From Azolla caroliniana (lineage: Eukaryota; Plantae; Polypodiophyta), in contig JBHGNT010000013.1 in the NCBI GenBank assembly GCA_043228905.1, positions 4,960,001-5,024,000 on the forward strand: DNA of 64,000 bases, read 5' to 3'. Positions 26,819 to 39,900 of this stretch are shown piece by piece. A program made the position numbers and the translations under genes. The stretch's first letter is position 1. Every line of letters begins with the position of its first letter. The notes beneath the pieces are model-generated. The model saw only the letters and a list, made by a program, of their open reading frames with translations, ran no database searches and was not told the DNA's origin.

Positions 26819-27721
26819 ATGCCGAACTTCATCTCTACTGCCCTACGCCGATGGCTCGTGGAGAAGCGCCTGGATGGTTACATTCGGGTCGCAGAAGCAC
26901 CTCTGCACCCGGACGCCATGGACATCGCCAAGCGGCTTAACATCGACACGGTCACCAACTCTTCCATTCGGAAGAAGTTAGACCTATCCTCACTAGGCGA
27001 AATACATTTCGAAATACCTCCTACAGAGGCGCTGCAGCGGAATTTTGGCCCATATTCATCCTCCGCCAAGGCCTATAGAACAAAACAGATTTCGGATCCC
27101 TTCTTCCGTGAAGTTGCCAAGTTACTACTGGAAATCGGCTACGTCCATGTCAACGCTTACGGGATGCCTAAACAGAAGGCGGGCATCATTATCGACATCT
27201 TTGAAGGGCGTATAGTCGACTGGGGGGTCATCACAGGGCCGGCGTTAAGGGAAGGCATGCATGCGTACCAAGCAGGCAAAAAGCTCAGGCCAATCATCCA
27301 ACAATACCTTACGGTACTGTTTCCACCCCGAGGCCTGCCAGCACTATAGCCCAACAAACCCACGGCCCCGCCCCGCTCCGAGAAACGCAGGTTAGCGGAG
27401 TTAGCGGCCCTAGAGTGGGAGGAGGAACCCCAACCGGCCCAACCAGGCCCAAGGACAACACCTCCTACCAACCAACCGGACACATGAGCGACACAGGAGG
27501 AACAGCCGAGACACCCCATGGAAGCAGCCCCAGAACCAGACACCAAAGCACGACGGGAAAGCCCTAGACCAAAACGGCGCAGATTGGACAGAAAAGATGG
27601 GTGGGGGTTGGTAAAAAATGCCCCCACAGATCCGGAGGCAACAACCGTAGGCAAAGGCCCCGCAACAGCAGAGCCGAATACCACCTTCAAAATCATCCGG
27701 GCCATTTTGGAAGAAAATTAA
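26819..27721 (+). pseudogene. Additional (env-position) ORF of element E, function unknown
   Basis: Coding-like frame MPNFISTALRRWL...LFPPRGLPAL that continues past premature stops; lies between pol and the 3' LTR. Confidence 0.55.
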
Positions 27722-29362
27722 CGGGATGGGTCCGACGTGCAAAGGCACTGTCCCACAGGCGTGCCAGGTGTTGTCCGCCGGAATAGTAACCGACGGCCAA
27801 AAGCGTAGGAATAAGAAACTATATAAGCGTAACGTATGTAACGGTTCACGCGGGAAGCGTGAACGGCTAATTAGACCTTGCATATATAAAGGGCAGAAAA
27901 CCTCTTAAGGGGGTGCGTGTAATTTTTGGGAAATGTAAAAGAACGCCTGATAATAAAATATTATCTTCTCTGAGTTTCTGTGTATAGCTGCGACTAATTC
28001 AGTGACTGTGTCTCGGATACGTAAGCGTAGTAGTACGTAAGTGCAACCTGTGATAAGGAGTCGGTTGTAGCCGTCTCCCCGTACACACGGAGGAATCACA
28101 GAGGTTCTCTCCTTACACAGTACGCTTAAGCTCTGTTCGTTGTTCCACATTCACCTTGGGGTCTTGGTCGAAGGACTGACCACGGACCGTGTTCCTAAGA
28201 GGCAACACCTGCATGGCACTCAACCACTTGCGGCTATGGGTGTCATCCTTCACTCTTCGAAGCTTTCCGGCTTCCCCTCATTGGTCAACAACACATGCTC
28301 TGCATCCGGAAATCTCCGGGGGGCTCTTCCTTGCCGGAGAGGATATCTCCGTCCTCGGTTTTCGGTAACCGGCTCTGTTGTCTGTTCTTCATCTGAATCC
28401 AATTCGGGGTCTTGTCCGGTTCCGGCTTTAGCTTCTTCTCCTTCTTTTGCCGGTTCAGTATCCTCACCATAAGCGGCCGGTTCTTCGAGTGTTAACCGGC
28501 TCTTTGTCGGATGGGTTTGCATGTCATCAAACCGGTCCTTCTCAGTCGATTCGGAGTTCATTAATTTCTTCTCCGACTCCCAGTCGGCAAGGGTCTTGTC
28601 CTCCATGAGCATAATATCTCGACTCCAGAATACTTTCTTGTCGACCGGTGTCGTAGTGTATTCCGCACACTTTGTGAAAACCATAAAATAATATATCCGA
28701 TTTTAGATACATAAAGAATTTATCACGTGCATAGGGCAAGATTCAAACCCTGCACCTCCATGTAGATAAACCCCAACTTTACCATTGTAATAACTTATCT
28801 TTAGTGTTATACATATAGATTTAATACGTATAAGACCTTTATTTACACATACCTTTATTAAAAGGTAAAAATCATGTATTCTTTAGAGTGTGAATATTTT
28901 ATTTACATTAAAAGTGACTCATGCACATCTAGCGTGCATGAGCCCTATATTTAGGAAATGACAAAGCATCACATGCACATTTAGTGTGCATGGACACTTT
29001 AGGTGAAAAAGCATGAAGCCATGCTTAGCCTCTTCCATCTTTATATAAGGAGGAGAGAAATATGTATAGGGTTGTTGATTAATCTACAAGGATTGATCAA
29101 TCTAATATATTCGTGGGATTCACGAATTTTGCCATAAAAATTACTCTTATAATCTAAATATTGTTTTAATTACACTAAACTCGTGGGATTCACAAGATTG
29201 TTATCTTACTTCTCTTTCCACTATTCATAACTAGCCTTAATTTGTATTCCTCTTCCTCCTAGTCAAAAAACCTCGGCGGTTCCCACCCGACTCACGTAAC
29301 GATCCGGAGCCGAAAGGCACGACACAGTTGGTGAACCCGACGTGAAGACGGGTGGCAAGGAG

Positions 29363-31405
29363 ATGGAAAATCAACCGGAGGCTAGCAACATGATGATGAT
29401 GTTCGAGCGCATGCTACAAGAACAACGCGTGATGTCGGAGATAGCGGCATCAGTGGAGCGGCTCGTGCAACGAAACAGGCAATTCAATGGGAAAGACGTG
29501 TCGCGGTATCTTCAGGACTACAAGGCGAAGATGCTAGGGCGCGGAATATCAGAAGGACTGCAACTGACATCCTTCAACCGGGTGGCGACCGACGGGCTTC
29601 AAGCAAGCATCCATGGGCTACGACAGCAAAATCCGACATGGGAGGCGTTTGAAGTAGAGCTAAAGAGGACGTTCGCCATCGAGGATTCCTCCAAGGCGAT
29701 GCGAAGGGGATTCAAAGATTGGGTGGAGACGCCGGACAAGGGATTGAAGGTCGTTGATGTGTTTTCGGCATTCGAAAGCCGGTTCGTGAGGTTGTCCGCG
29801 AGAGATCAAGCTATCCTCGTATCGGACAAGGTGATCATGTTCTTGGGAGCCGTGGACGTCCGGGACCGGAAAGATCTCGGAGTGCTCTTGGAGGACACGA
29901 CCACGGAGAGTGGCCTCACCGAAACATGGGAAAGCGTGCGGGATATCGTCGCGCGATACACGAAGAGGGGGCAATGGCTTGCCAACGAGGAAAAGAGGGT
30001 TTCGGAACCGATTTTGAAACCAAGAACCGGATTGGAAGACCATCAACCGAGGGCTCGGGAGACTACAATCGAGAAGGGGATTGATGCATCTACGGTGGAG
30101 CAACTATTGAAGGAGATGGAGAATCTGAAGATCGCGATGGTAAAGAAGTTGGATGATCGGCCCACAAGCTCCAAGTATACGGACCGACGGTGCATATGGT
30201 ACGATAGCGCCGAACACGATCGGAGGGATTGCGACGAGCATAAGGAGGTGCTACGGCGGGATCTCATCTACTACGAGGGAAACCAGATTCATTCGATGGA
30301 CTCTCGGAAGCCACTCCGACCGAACTTCCGGAAAGGCGGCATGAAGAAGGTGCTCGAGGAGGAATTGGCAGCAAGAAGCAACTATGCGACAACCGCGGGA
30401 ATATGTGTCGGGGAGTCATCGAGAGCAAAGACGTCTTTTTGGCCGGAAGTTCTAGAAAACACCGAGAAAACCGACTCCAACGAGATCCGAAGCACCGCGG
30501 AAGGCGTCCGGGAAGCTACGAGATGGGAGTGCCCTGTCGACAAGAATAGCGTATACGCCCTATGTCAATTGCATAAGGTGTATGTGGACGAGAAACGACG
30601 ACGCACGGAGGATGCGGCCGGGCCATCGAAGATACCGGAAAGCTGGAACTCCGGAGGTAAGGGAAAAGAAAAGGTGACTCCGGCATTCAAGCTCACCTCG
30701 GACATAGAACAACAAACCGACTTGAAAAGAGTGTTCGAGGAAAGAATCTTGGATAGCCGGGTAGATTTCTCGCTTCGGGAGCTACTCGGAATAGCAAAGA
30801 AGGAGTTCCACGATCTTCTCGTGGATCTCGTGAAGCGAAAAAGACAAAGTATGAAGGAAAATGCTCCAAGGGTGAATGCGAACACCGTTTTAATGAACGA
30901 CGCCGAACTGGAGGACGAAATTCTGAACTCCCACTATACAAGGCCACATTGGGCACGCGCGACTACGGAGACTCCAGTCCGAATCGGCAACATCAAAGAA
31001 CCCATGCTAGCATTGATTGATCACGGATCGGAGATCAACTTGATGTCCAAAGAGTTCTACCGGAAGGGGAAGTGTCCTATTAACACCAACCATGGATGGA
31101 AGATTCGGGCGGCCACCAAAGCAACGGAACATCTATTTGCGGCTTGTCCGGATGTGACGGTGAAGATCGGGGATGTCGAGATGGACCAAAATTTCTTCGT
31201 GCAAGATAACGTATCACATTCCGTCATCCTCGGCCAACCCTTTATCATGGCATCACGGATGGAGACGAAGGTGCTCGATAGTGGTGCGGCTTTTGCGCGA
31301 ATTCGGAGCCAAAACAGTGGGAAATCCGTCCAATTCCTAACGGTGCCGGCAAATCACGAAAGGAACAAGAGGGAACTCTTGTCCCAAGTGAGAATGGATT
31401 TTTAA
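29363..31405 (+). CDS. gag: gag-protease ORF of the family-A element
   Basis: FNGKDVSRYL gag start, degenerate knuckle CIWYDSAEHDRRDC, protease LIDHGSEINLM and VILGQPF; open frame. Confidence 0.85.
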   Translation: MENQPEASNMMMMFERMLQEQRVMSEIAASVERLVQRNRQFNGKDVSRYLQDYKAKMLGRGISEGLQLTSFNRVATDGLQASIHGLRQQNPTWEAFEVELKRTFAIEDSSKAMRRGFKDWVETPDKGLKVVDVFSAFESRFVRLSARDQAILVSDKVIMFLGAVDVRDRKDLGVLLEDTTTESGLTETWESVRDIVARYTKRGQWLANEEKRVSEPILKPRTGLEDHQPRARETTIEKGIDASTVEQLLKEMENLKIAMVKKLDDRPTSSKYTDRRCIWYDSAEHDRRDCDEHKEVLRRDLIYYEGNQIHSMDSRKPLRPNFRKGGMKKVLEEELAARSNYATTAGICVGESSRAKTSFWPEVLENTEKTDSNEIRSTAEGVREATRWECPVDKNSVYALCQLHKVYVDEKRRRTEDAAGPSKIPESWNSGGKGKEKVTPAFKLTSDIEQQTDLKRVFEERILDSRVDFSLRELLGIAKKEFHDLLVDLVKRKRQSMKENAPRVNANTVLMNDAELEDEILNSHYTRPHWARATTETPVRIGNIKEPMLALIDHGSEINLMSKEFYRKGKCPINTNHGWKIRAATKATEHLFAACPDVTVKIGDVEMDQNFFVQDNVSHSVILGQPFIMASRMETKVLDSGAAFARIRSQNSGKSVQFLTVPANHERNKRELLSQVRMDF

Positions 31406-31459
31406 AGCGGACTGTTGTGGAGTGGGGAAGTGATAGTCCAAGAAGCCCTGATACCCCAC
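31396..31459 (+). promoter_or_regulatory. -1 frameshift signal between gag-protease and RT
   Basis: Slippery G_GAT_TTT directly before the stop codon, 6-nt spacer, stem GGACTGTT/GATAGTCC; loop GTGGGG is complementary to CCCCAC (31454-31459). The RT ORF is in the -1 frame. Confidence 0.7.
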
Positions 31460-33790
31460 ACAGGAAGAAAACTCTCGGAGCAAAACATGTACGAATCGGT
31501 CCGGATGGGGCATCTACGTACACGACCGTAACCGGAGGATTGAAGAAAGGATACCGACAAGTCGAGGATAAGTTGCGGTCGGCATCAATAATAAAAGAAG
31601 ACGAAGAAATCGTGGGGATAGTCGAAGAAGTGTTCTATGGGAGCACGCTACAACGACTTGAAGAGCTTGCGGAAGATAAAAGCCAAGGGAACTGGGTAAT
31701 CCCGGGGGAATCGGTCGAGATGTACGAGATCATTGCGAAAATGGAGCCGGATACGCTCCGCAAAGAAGAAGCAATGGTAAGTACGAAATACAAGACCGTG
31801 GAGAAGAAGGTGAAACCAGCCGCGGGACCACTACCCGCCTATAGCGAACAAAAGAGGAAAGAAGTCTCGGGAGATCCGACACTTCAGAAGTCCGTGGATA
31901 TCGGACATGCCTTCACGGATGAGACCCGGAAGAAACTTCGGATCGGTGGAGGTGGGTTCCTATTACAAAAAGAAGAAGAACGGTTTCGCGAGATGTTGGA
32001 GCAACACGGCAAAGCGTTTGCATTTACATCAAGGGAGATAGGGTGCGTCGATCCGAGAATGGTGGAGCCGATGGTGATCTTCACGATTGACCATGTACCG
32101 TGGAACCTGAAGCCGATTCTGGTGCCGCGAGCGCATATTCCAAGAGTCATTGACTTGCTCAAGGAGAAGGTGGCAATGGGGATTCTAGAGCCATCAACTG
32201 CTCCGTACTCAAATCGATGGTTTACGGTTCCGAAGAAGAATGGGTCACTCCGATTCATCCAAGACTTGCAACCGGTGAATAAGGTCACGATCCGGAACTC
32301 GGGAGTCGGTCCGATAGTGGACGAATTTGCGGAAGCTTTTGCCGGTCGTGCGATATACTCCATCGGAAACCTATACTCGGGGTATGACCAATTCCAACTA
32401 GCCGTGGAGAGCCGAGACATCACAACCATGCAAACACCGATAGGATTAGTCCGAATGTGCACACTACCACAAGGAGCGACAAACTCGGTTGCTCATATGA
32501 TGAACGCGATGAACAAGGTGCTTCGAGACTGCATTCCGGAGATAACGATGCCGTTCCTCGATGACATTCCGATGAAAGGATGCGCGGTAGAAGAAAAAGA
32601 TGAGACTATGGATGATCGGGGATGCCGAAAGTTCGTGGTCGACCATATTCATGATTGTGAGAAAGTGTTGCGAAAGCTAGAAGATGTGCACCTAGCGGAA
32701 GAGTGCTACCGTGGAAGGAAGAGATGAGCCAGGAAGAACTACTAGCGGTCCGGATACGACAACTAGAGGGAAGACCGGCAGACATAGCGGAAGCAATACG
32801 CCGACAACAAGAAGCACGGTTCCGGAACAAAAGCCAGTTTGACACAAAGCACCGACTACGACCGAGGAGGATTGAAGAAGGAGATTGGGTGATCGTTTAT
32901 GACAGTAGTTTGGACCATCAACATACAACGATTCGGAAATTCGCGAAAAGGTGGTTCGGGCCATATGAGGTTCGGAAAGTCTTCGACAACGGAACGTACC
33001 GACTGTCAGGCCAACGGGAAAATCGAACGAGGACATAGTCCGATTGTGAAAGCACTTGCGAAGGCATGTGATGGAAAGGTGAAGGACTGGCCGCAGATGC
33101 TTCCGTATGCACTATGGGCGGATCGGACGACGCATAGGTCCATAACCGGTTACATGCCGGCAGAACTCATGACCGGACAAGCACCAATAATGCCAATGGA
33201 AACCGCGATCGCAACATGGATAGTGCTACCGTAGAAGGAAGAGATGAGCCAGGAAGAACTACTAGCGGTCTGGATACGACAACTAGAGGGAAGACCGGCA
33301 GACATAGCGGAAGCAATACGCCGACAACAAGAAGCACGGTTCTAGAACAAAAGCCGGTTCGACACAAAGCACTGACTACGACCAAGGAGGATTGAAGAAG
33401 GAGATTTGGTGATCGTCTATGACAGTAGTTTGGACCATCAACATACAACGATGCGGAAATTCGCGAAAAGGTGGTTCGGGCCATACGAGGTTCGGAAAGT
33501 CTTCGACAACGGAACGTACCGACTGTCCGAGTTGGATGGAACAATACTACAAGTGCCTATAGCCAGGAAGCGGGTGAAGATTTTCAAGAAGCAAACCGAC
33601 GACAAACCCTATGTGATCCAAGCCAAGGCCAACAACGAGGAGCAATCGGACGAAGACCACGGTGATGTGGGAAGCAAAGAAAGTGAATTACAACTCATAG
33701 TCGACATAAGGGGAGAATCGGAGGAAGCTTTAGGTGAAGACGGATATGAGGAATCGAGAACTTCGGCACATACCGGAGGATGTGCGGGTT
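31402..33790 (+). pseudogene. pol: pol of family A: RT to just past FLDD, then a deletion and a duplicated integrase C-terminus
   Basis: WFTVPKKNGSLRFIQDLQPVN, LPQGATNS and PFLDDIPMKG; break at ~32695. Segment 32703-33007 is duplicated at ~33222-33527 (WFGPYEVRKV). Confidence 0.88.
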
Positions 33791-36700
33791 CGGAGGGGGC
33801 GAGTGTCGTAGTGTATTCCGCACACTACGTGAAAACCATAAAATAATATATCCGATTTTAGATACATATAAATAAATAAATAATATATCAAAAGAATTTA
33901 TCACGTGCATAGGGCAAGATTCAAACCCTGCACCTCCACATAGATAAACCCCAACTTTACCATTGTAATAACTTATCTTTAGTGTTATACATATAGATTT
34001 AATACGTATAAGACCTTTATTTACACATACCTTTATTAAAAGGTAAAAATCATGTATTCTTTAGAGTGTGAATATTTTATTTACATTAAAAGTGACTCAT
34101 GCACATCTAGCGTGCATGAGCCCTATATTTAGGAATTGACAAAGCATCACATGCACATTTAGTGTGCATGGACACTTTAGGTGAAAAAGCATGAAGCCAT
34201 GCTTAGCCTCTTCCATCTTTATATAAGGAGGAGAGAAATATGTATAAGGTTGTTGATTAATATACAAGGATTGATCAATCTAATATATTCATGGGATTCA
34301 CGAATTTTGCCATAAAAATTACTCTTATAATTTAAATGTTGTTTTAATTACACTAAACTCGTGGGATTCACGAGATTGTTAGCTTACTTCTCTTTCCACT
34401 TTTCATAACTAGCCTTAATTTGTATTCCTCTTCCTCCTAGTCAAAAAACCTCGGTGGTTCCCACCCGACTCACGTAACGATCCGGAGCCGAAAGGCATGA
34501 CACCGGGTCCCACACTCGGTAACCGAACTCATCATCACCGTATCCAAGGAATATGCATGGCCGTGCCGTGTCTTTGGATCCAACTTTCCTCTCCGGTCCT
34601 TAGCAACATGCATATACGCGAGACACCCAAACACCTTCAGATGCCGGTAGGACACTTCCTTACCAATCCACACTCTCTGTGGCATGTCTCCATCCAAGGG
34701 TACTCAGGGTGACCTGTTTATCACATATGTTGTTGTCGACAGCGCCTCAGCCCAAAACGTCTTGGGTAACTTTGCATGTGCTAGCATACTCCGGACCCTC
34801 TCCATTATGGTCCGGTTCATCCTCTCGGCCAACCCGTTTAGTTCCAGCGTCTTCAACACGGTAAATTCGAGCCAGATTCCTTTCGAGCGGAAGTACTCCT
34901 CAAACTGCCCCCGGTACTCGCCTCCGTTATCTGCTCGAACCACCTTCAGCTTCCGGCCGGTTTCTCTTTCCACTCTTGTCTGGAGCTCCTGAAGACGAAT
35001 AACACCTGATCCTTCGTCTTCAACGGTGTGGCCCACAGCTTCCGGCTATGGTCATCTATGAACGTCACGAAGTACTGCGATCCGGCATGTGACTTCATGT
35101 CCACTTGACACACATCGGTATGCACCAGCTCCACTGGTGCATTACGTCTCATCAGTGGCCTTGAGCGGAAGAAGGTCCGGTTTTGCTTATCGGCCAGGCA
35201 GTCCGTGCACCTTTCAAGATGCACGTCTTTCACCGGAATGAGGTTGTCATCGGCAAGCCTCTTCATCCCCTTCTCGCTCATGTGACATAGTCTCTTGTGC
35301 CACAACTCACCCGCAGTGTCGAATGCAACGTTCACTTCTTCCCTGCACAACCGGGCATTCATCAGCTACAACGTGTTGACCTTCCGGGCCCGAGCCACTA
35401 TCAGGCTCCCTTTGCTGAATTTCATGACTCTGTTCCGGATGCTACCTGTATAGCCCTCATCGTCTAGCCGATCGGCTGATATTAGGTTTAGTCGAACCTC
35501 CGGAACGTGTCAGACATCCTTCAGTAGCAGCTTGCATCCGGTTGGTGTTGTCAACCACACATCTCCTATGCCGACAATTCGGCATGTACCTTCATTCCCC
35601 ATCCGGTCACAGCTGTGCTCACCGGCTGTGTAGGATGTGAAGCATTTCTAGTCTGGGGTCAGTTGGAACGACGCTCCGGAATCGACAACCCACGTTGTCT
35701 CGTCGCCGGCAAGGTTCAACTCACTCTCCTCGGTGATAAGCATCAACTCCTCTTCACTTGCCGTGATTGTCGTCGTTCCCTTCTGGTGACTGCTTCGAAT
35801 CGGTATTGTCGGTTTCCTTGTCTTTCCGAAAATGCCGACAGTTCTTCTGGAAGTGCCCCGGCTTGCTGCAATAGAAGCAAGCGGGCCTCCCCCTGGACTT
35901 TCACCATGTCCCCGACTTTTCCCGGTTCTCGGGACTCTGATTCCTTTGTCTTCTGCGTTCCGATTCGGTAAGGAGCACTTTGGGGTCGGAGGTCATATCC
36001 TTGTCTTTCCGATGCGCCTCCTCATCTAGCAAGCTCGACTTGACTCTTGCTAGGGACAGTTGTTTTCCTTCCAGCCCGGCGTTGCCCAAAGTGACAACTA
36101 ATGTCTCCCAACTATCCGGGAGGGAACCGAGTAGGAGTAATGCTAGTACCTCATCGGCGAGATGTACTTCCAACGATGTTGCCTGATGAATCAGCCTTTC
36201 GAAGGCATTCATGTGCTCTGCCATGCTGGAGTCATCTTGGTACTAGAGCCGTGCTAGCTTCCAGAATACCGAAACCCGATTAACAACATTTTTGTTCTGG
36301 AACATAATGTTGATCTTCTCGCAGAGCTCATGAGCCTTACTCTCCTCAATAAAGTTGTTGTACAGGCTCATGTTGATGAAGCACCGTATGTATGTCGTTG
36401 TCTTCATGTGCATCACCTCCCATATCGTGGCATCCATCTTGTCTGGTCTCTTGTCCCCGAATTGAACCGGCAACCACAGATCTTTAACCATGAGCATGTC
36501 CCTCATCTTCGACTTCCACACTGAGTAGTTGGATCTAGTGAACTTGAACATGCCTCCCAACGAATCTTCCATTTTTCTGTGTCGTTTCGCTCTGATACCA
36601 GATTGACAGGAACTATGCGGAATAATCTTCGACCACAACCGAGACTTAGATCACTTCAATGATAATCAAACACAGAAAGATAAGAAATGGAAGTAGGTAC

Positions 36701-36868
36701 ACAAGCAGAAGAGAATGCACAGGATGTTAACGTGGAAAACCCTAAAACAGGAAAAACCACGGTATTCCCCAAACTCCAACTATCACTATGTATAGAGGAA
36801 TACAATAGATGAACACAAAGGCCACGACCTCTTGCTCTCAATCTTTGCCTGGAGGCGGTTACAACAGA

Positions 36869-36919
<51 letters not shown>

Positions 36920-39900
36920 CCTCTCTCTCTCTTTTCTTCTGCTATGCTTTGTACAACAATTACACCAATAACTCTATACAAAATAATGACTACACAATGA
37001 TACACACAAGAGTTTCCCCTAGGTCATATTTATACTAATATGACTTTCGGTCTATTTACAAATATAGCCCTCGTGGGCTCCCTTCATCCACTAAGAGGTT
37101 CTCACCAGGCCTGCATCATCCGGTTCTCACCAGATCTTCCATTGCCGGGTACTCATATCCTATCCAGAGGAACCGAAATCCTAACAACATACTCGTGGTT
37201 AAAGATCTTTGGTTGCCGGTTCAGTTCGGGGACAAGAGACCGGACAAGATTGACATGAGCCTGTACAATAACTTCAATGGAGAGAGCAAGGCTCATGAGC
37301 TCTGGGAGAAGATCGGCATTATGTTTCAGAACAAAAATGTTGTTAATCGGGTCTCAATATTTCGGAAGCTAGTGAGGCTCCGGTACCAAGACGGCTCCAG
37401 TATGGTGGAGCACATGAATGCCTTCCAGGGGCTGATTCACCAGGCAACCTCGTTGGAAGTACCCCTTGCGGATGAGGTACCTGCTCTATTCCTACTCAGT
37501 TCTTTCCCGGATAGCTGGGAGACATTAGTTGTCACTTTGAGCAACGTCGGGCCGGAAGGAAAACAGTTATCCCTAGCAAGGGTCAAGTCGAGCATGCTAG
37601 ATGAGGAGATGCGTCGGAAAGAAAAGGATACGAGCTCCGACTCCAAAGCCCTTCTTACCGAATCGGAACGCGAAAGACAAAGGAATTGGAGTCCCTAGAA
37701 TCGAGAAAAGTTGGGGACACGGTCAAAGTCAAGGGGGAGGCCCACTAGCTTCTATTGCAACAAGCTGGGGCACTTCTAGAAGAACTGTCGGCATTTCCGA
37801 AAAGACAAGGGAATCGACAGTACCGATTCGAAGAAGTCACCAGAACGAAACAGTTCGGATCGGAGAGGACCGAACCAAAAGGGAACGACGGGAATCGTGG
37901 CAAGTGAAGAGTAGTTGATGCTCATCACCGAGGAGAGTGAGTTAAACCTTGCCGTCGACGAGAACCCGTGGGTTGTTGATTCCAGAGCGTCATTCCACCT
38001 TACCCCGGACCGGAAATGCTTCTCATCATACACAACCAGTGAGTACAGTTGTGTTCAGATGGGGAATAAAGGGACATGCCGAATTATCGGCATAGGAGAT
38101 GTGTTGTTGACGAAATCAACCAGATGCAAGTTGTTGTTGAAGGATGTCCGACACGTTCTGAAGGTTCGACTGAACCTAATATCAACCGATTGGCTAGACG
38201 ATGAAGGCTACACGCGTAGCATCTAGAACGGAGTCATGAAATTCAGCAAAGGGAGCCTGATAGTGGCTCAGGCCCGGAAAGTCAACACGTTGTACCTGAT
38301 GAATGCCCGGTTGTATGGGGAAGAAGTGAACGTTGCATCCGACACTGCCGGTGAGCTATGGCACAAGAGACTGTGTCACATGAGCGAGAAGGGGATGAAG
38401 AGGCTTGCCGATGACAACCTCATTCCGGTGAAAGACGTGCATCTTGAGAAGTGCACCGACTGCCTGGCTGGTAAGCAAAACTAGACCTCCTTCCGCTCAA
38501 GGCCACCGATGAGACGTAATGCACCATTGGAGCTGGTGCATACCGATGTGTGTCAAGTGGACATGAAGTCACATGCCGGATCGCAGTACTTCGTGACGTT
38601 CATAGATGACCACAGCCGGAAGTTGTGGGCCACACCGTTGAAGACGAAGGATCATGTGTTATCCGTCTTGAAGGAACTCCACGCAAGAGTGGAAAGAGAA
38701 ACCAGCCGGAAGTTGAAGGCGGTTCGAGCAAATAACGAAGGCGAGTACCGGGGGCAGTTTGAGGAGTAGTTTCGCTCGAAGGGAATCCAGCTTGAATTTA
38801 CCATGCCAAAGACGCCGGAACTAAATGGACTGACCAAGAGGATGAACCGGAACATAATGGAGAGGATCTGGAGTATGTTGGCACATGCAAGGTTACCCAA
38901 GACGTTTTGGGCTGAGGCGCTGGTAACGGTGACGTACGTTATAAACAGATCACCCTCAATGCCCTTGGACGGAGACACGCCGCAGAGAGTGTGGACTGTT
39001 AAGGAAGTGTCTTATCAACATTTGAAGGTGTTCGGGTGTCTCACTTACGTGCATGTTGGATCCAAAGTCGCGGCCTTGCGTATTCCTCGGATACGGCGAT
39101 GATGAGTTCGGCTACCGAGTGTGGCATCCGATCCAGCGCAAGTATCACTGGATCCGGGAGCGAGTAGAAGATTGAGAGTTCGTGCTAATGAAGATCCGCA
39201 CTGAGGAGAATGGGTTGGATATGCTGACCAAAGTGTTGACACCCGACAAGCTAGATGCATGCAGGAAGAGGATCGGATTGACGAGGCATCCATGCCGGAG
39301 TGAAGGGGGAGTTTGTTAGGATTTCGGTCCCTCCGGATGGGATATGAGTACCCGGGAAGGAAGACCCGATGAGAACCGAATGAGTACCCAGCAAGGAAGA
39401 CCTTGTGAGAACAGGGATGACGCAGGCCCGGTGAGAACCTCTTACCGGATGAAGGGACATAGATGTAAATATGTTTCTGTTAGCCCATTGTGGCTATATT
39501 TGTAAATAGCCTGAAAGTCATATTAGTATAAATACGACCTAGGGCAAACACTATGGTTTGTGTGTGGTTGCAGATCATCGTAAGTGAAATTTGGTGCAAT
39601 TGTTGTACAGAGCGTAACAGAGAGAGAGAGAGAGAAAATGAGACCTTGAACAGTCTCTGTTGTAACCGCTTGTTGGCGAAGATTGAGAGCACGAGGTCGT
39701 TGCCTCTGTGTTCCTCTTGTTGTATTTTTCTGGACATATTGATAGTTTGGAGTTAGTGGGCTCCTGTGGTTTTTCCCGTTTAGGGTTTTCCACGTAAACA
39801 TCCTATGTACTCTCTCTTGCTCTATTGTTTGTGTGTAGACGTGCATTTTCTTCATATTCCCATCTTTCTGTGGTTGATTCTAAGACTCGGTTGTGGCCGA

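Larger units (their letters stand above)
20626..28207 (+). mobile_element. Non-chromovirus Gypsy element E with an extra 3' ORF
   Basis: 439-bp LTRs 20626-21064 and 27769-28207 (about 13 mismatches by eye); TSD CCTGT/CCTGC; degenerate PBS TGGCACAC ~21069. The host reading AMQDEMDSLHE is restored on removal. Confidence 0.93.
28649..34502 (+). mobile_element. Gypsy family-A element (Phygy-like; tRNA-Trp PBS, 4-bp TSD), internally deleted and rearranged
   Basis: LTRs 28649-29324 and 33804-34502; TSD CCGG; PBS 29329-29345; PPT GGAGGGGGCGAG 33792-33803. The host reading GYRVWDP|VDKKVFWSRD is restored on removal. Confidence 0.94.
19068..37186 (-). mobile_element. Copia family-D element D2, inserted antisense into the gag of D1
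   Basis: LTRs 19068-19626 and 36604-37186; TSD ACATG/ACATA; PBS rc 36589-36600; PPT rc ~19629-19637. Degenerate gag-PR-INT at 34507-36572 and RT/RNase H remnants at 19640-20625 and 28213-28648. Confidence 0.92.

Noticed and set aside
36870-36932. (CT)n/(GA)n tracts as independent features
   Set aside because: Ordinary microsatellites within Copia LTRs (also ~4390, ~55230, ~60390).
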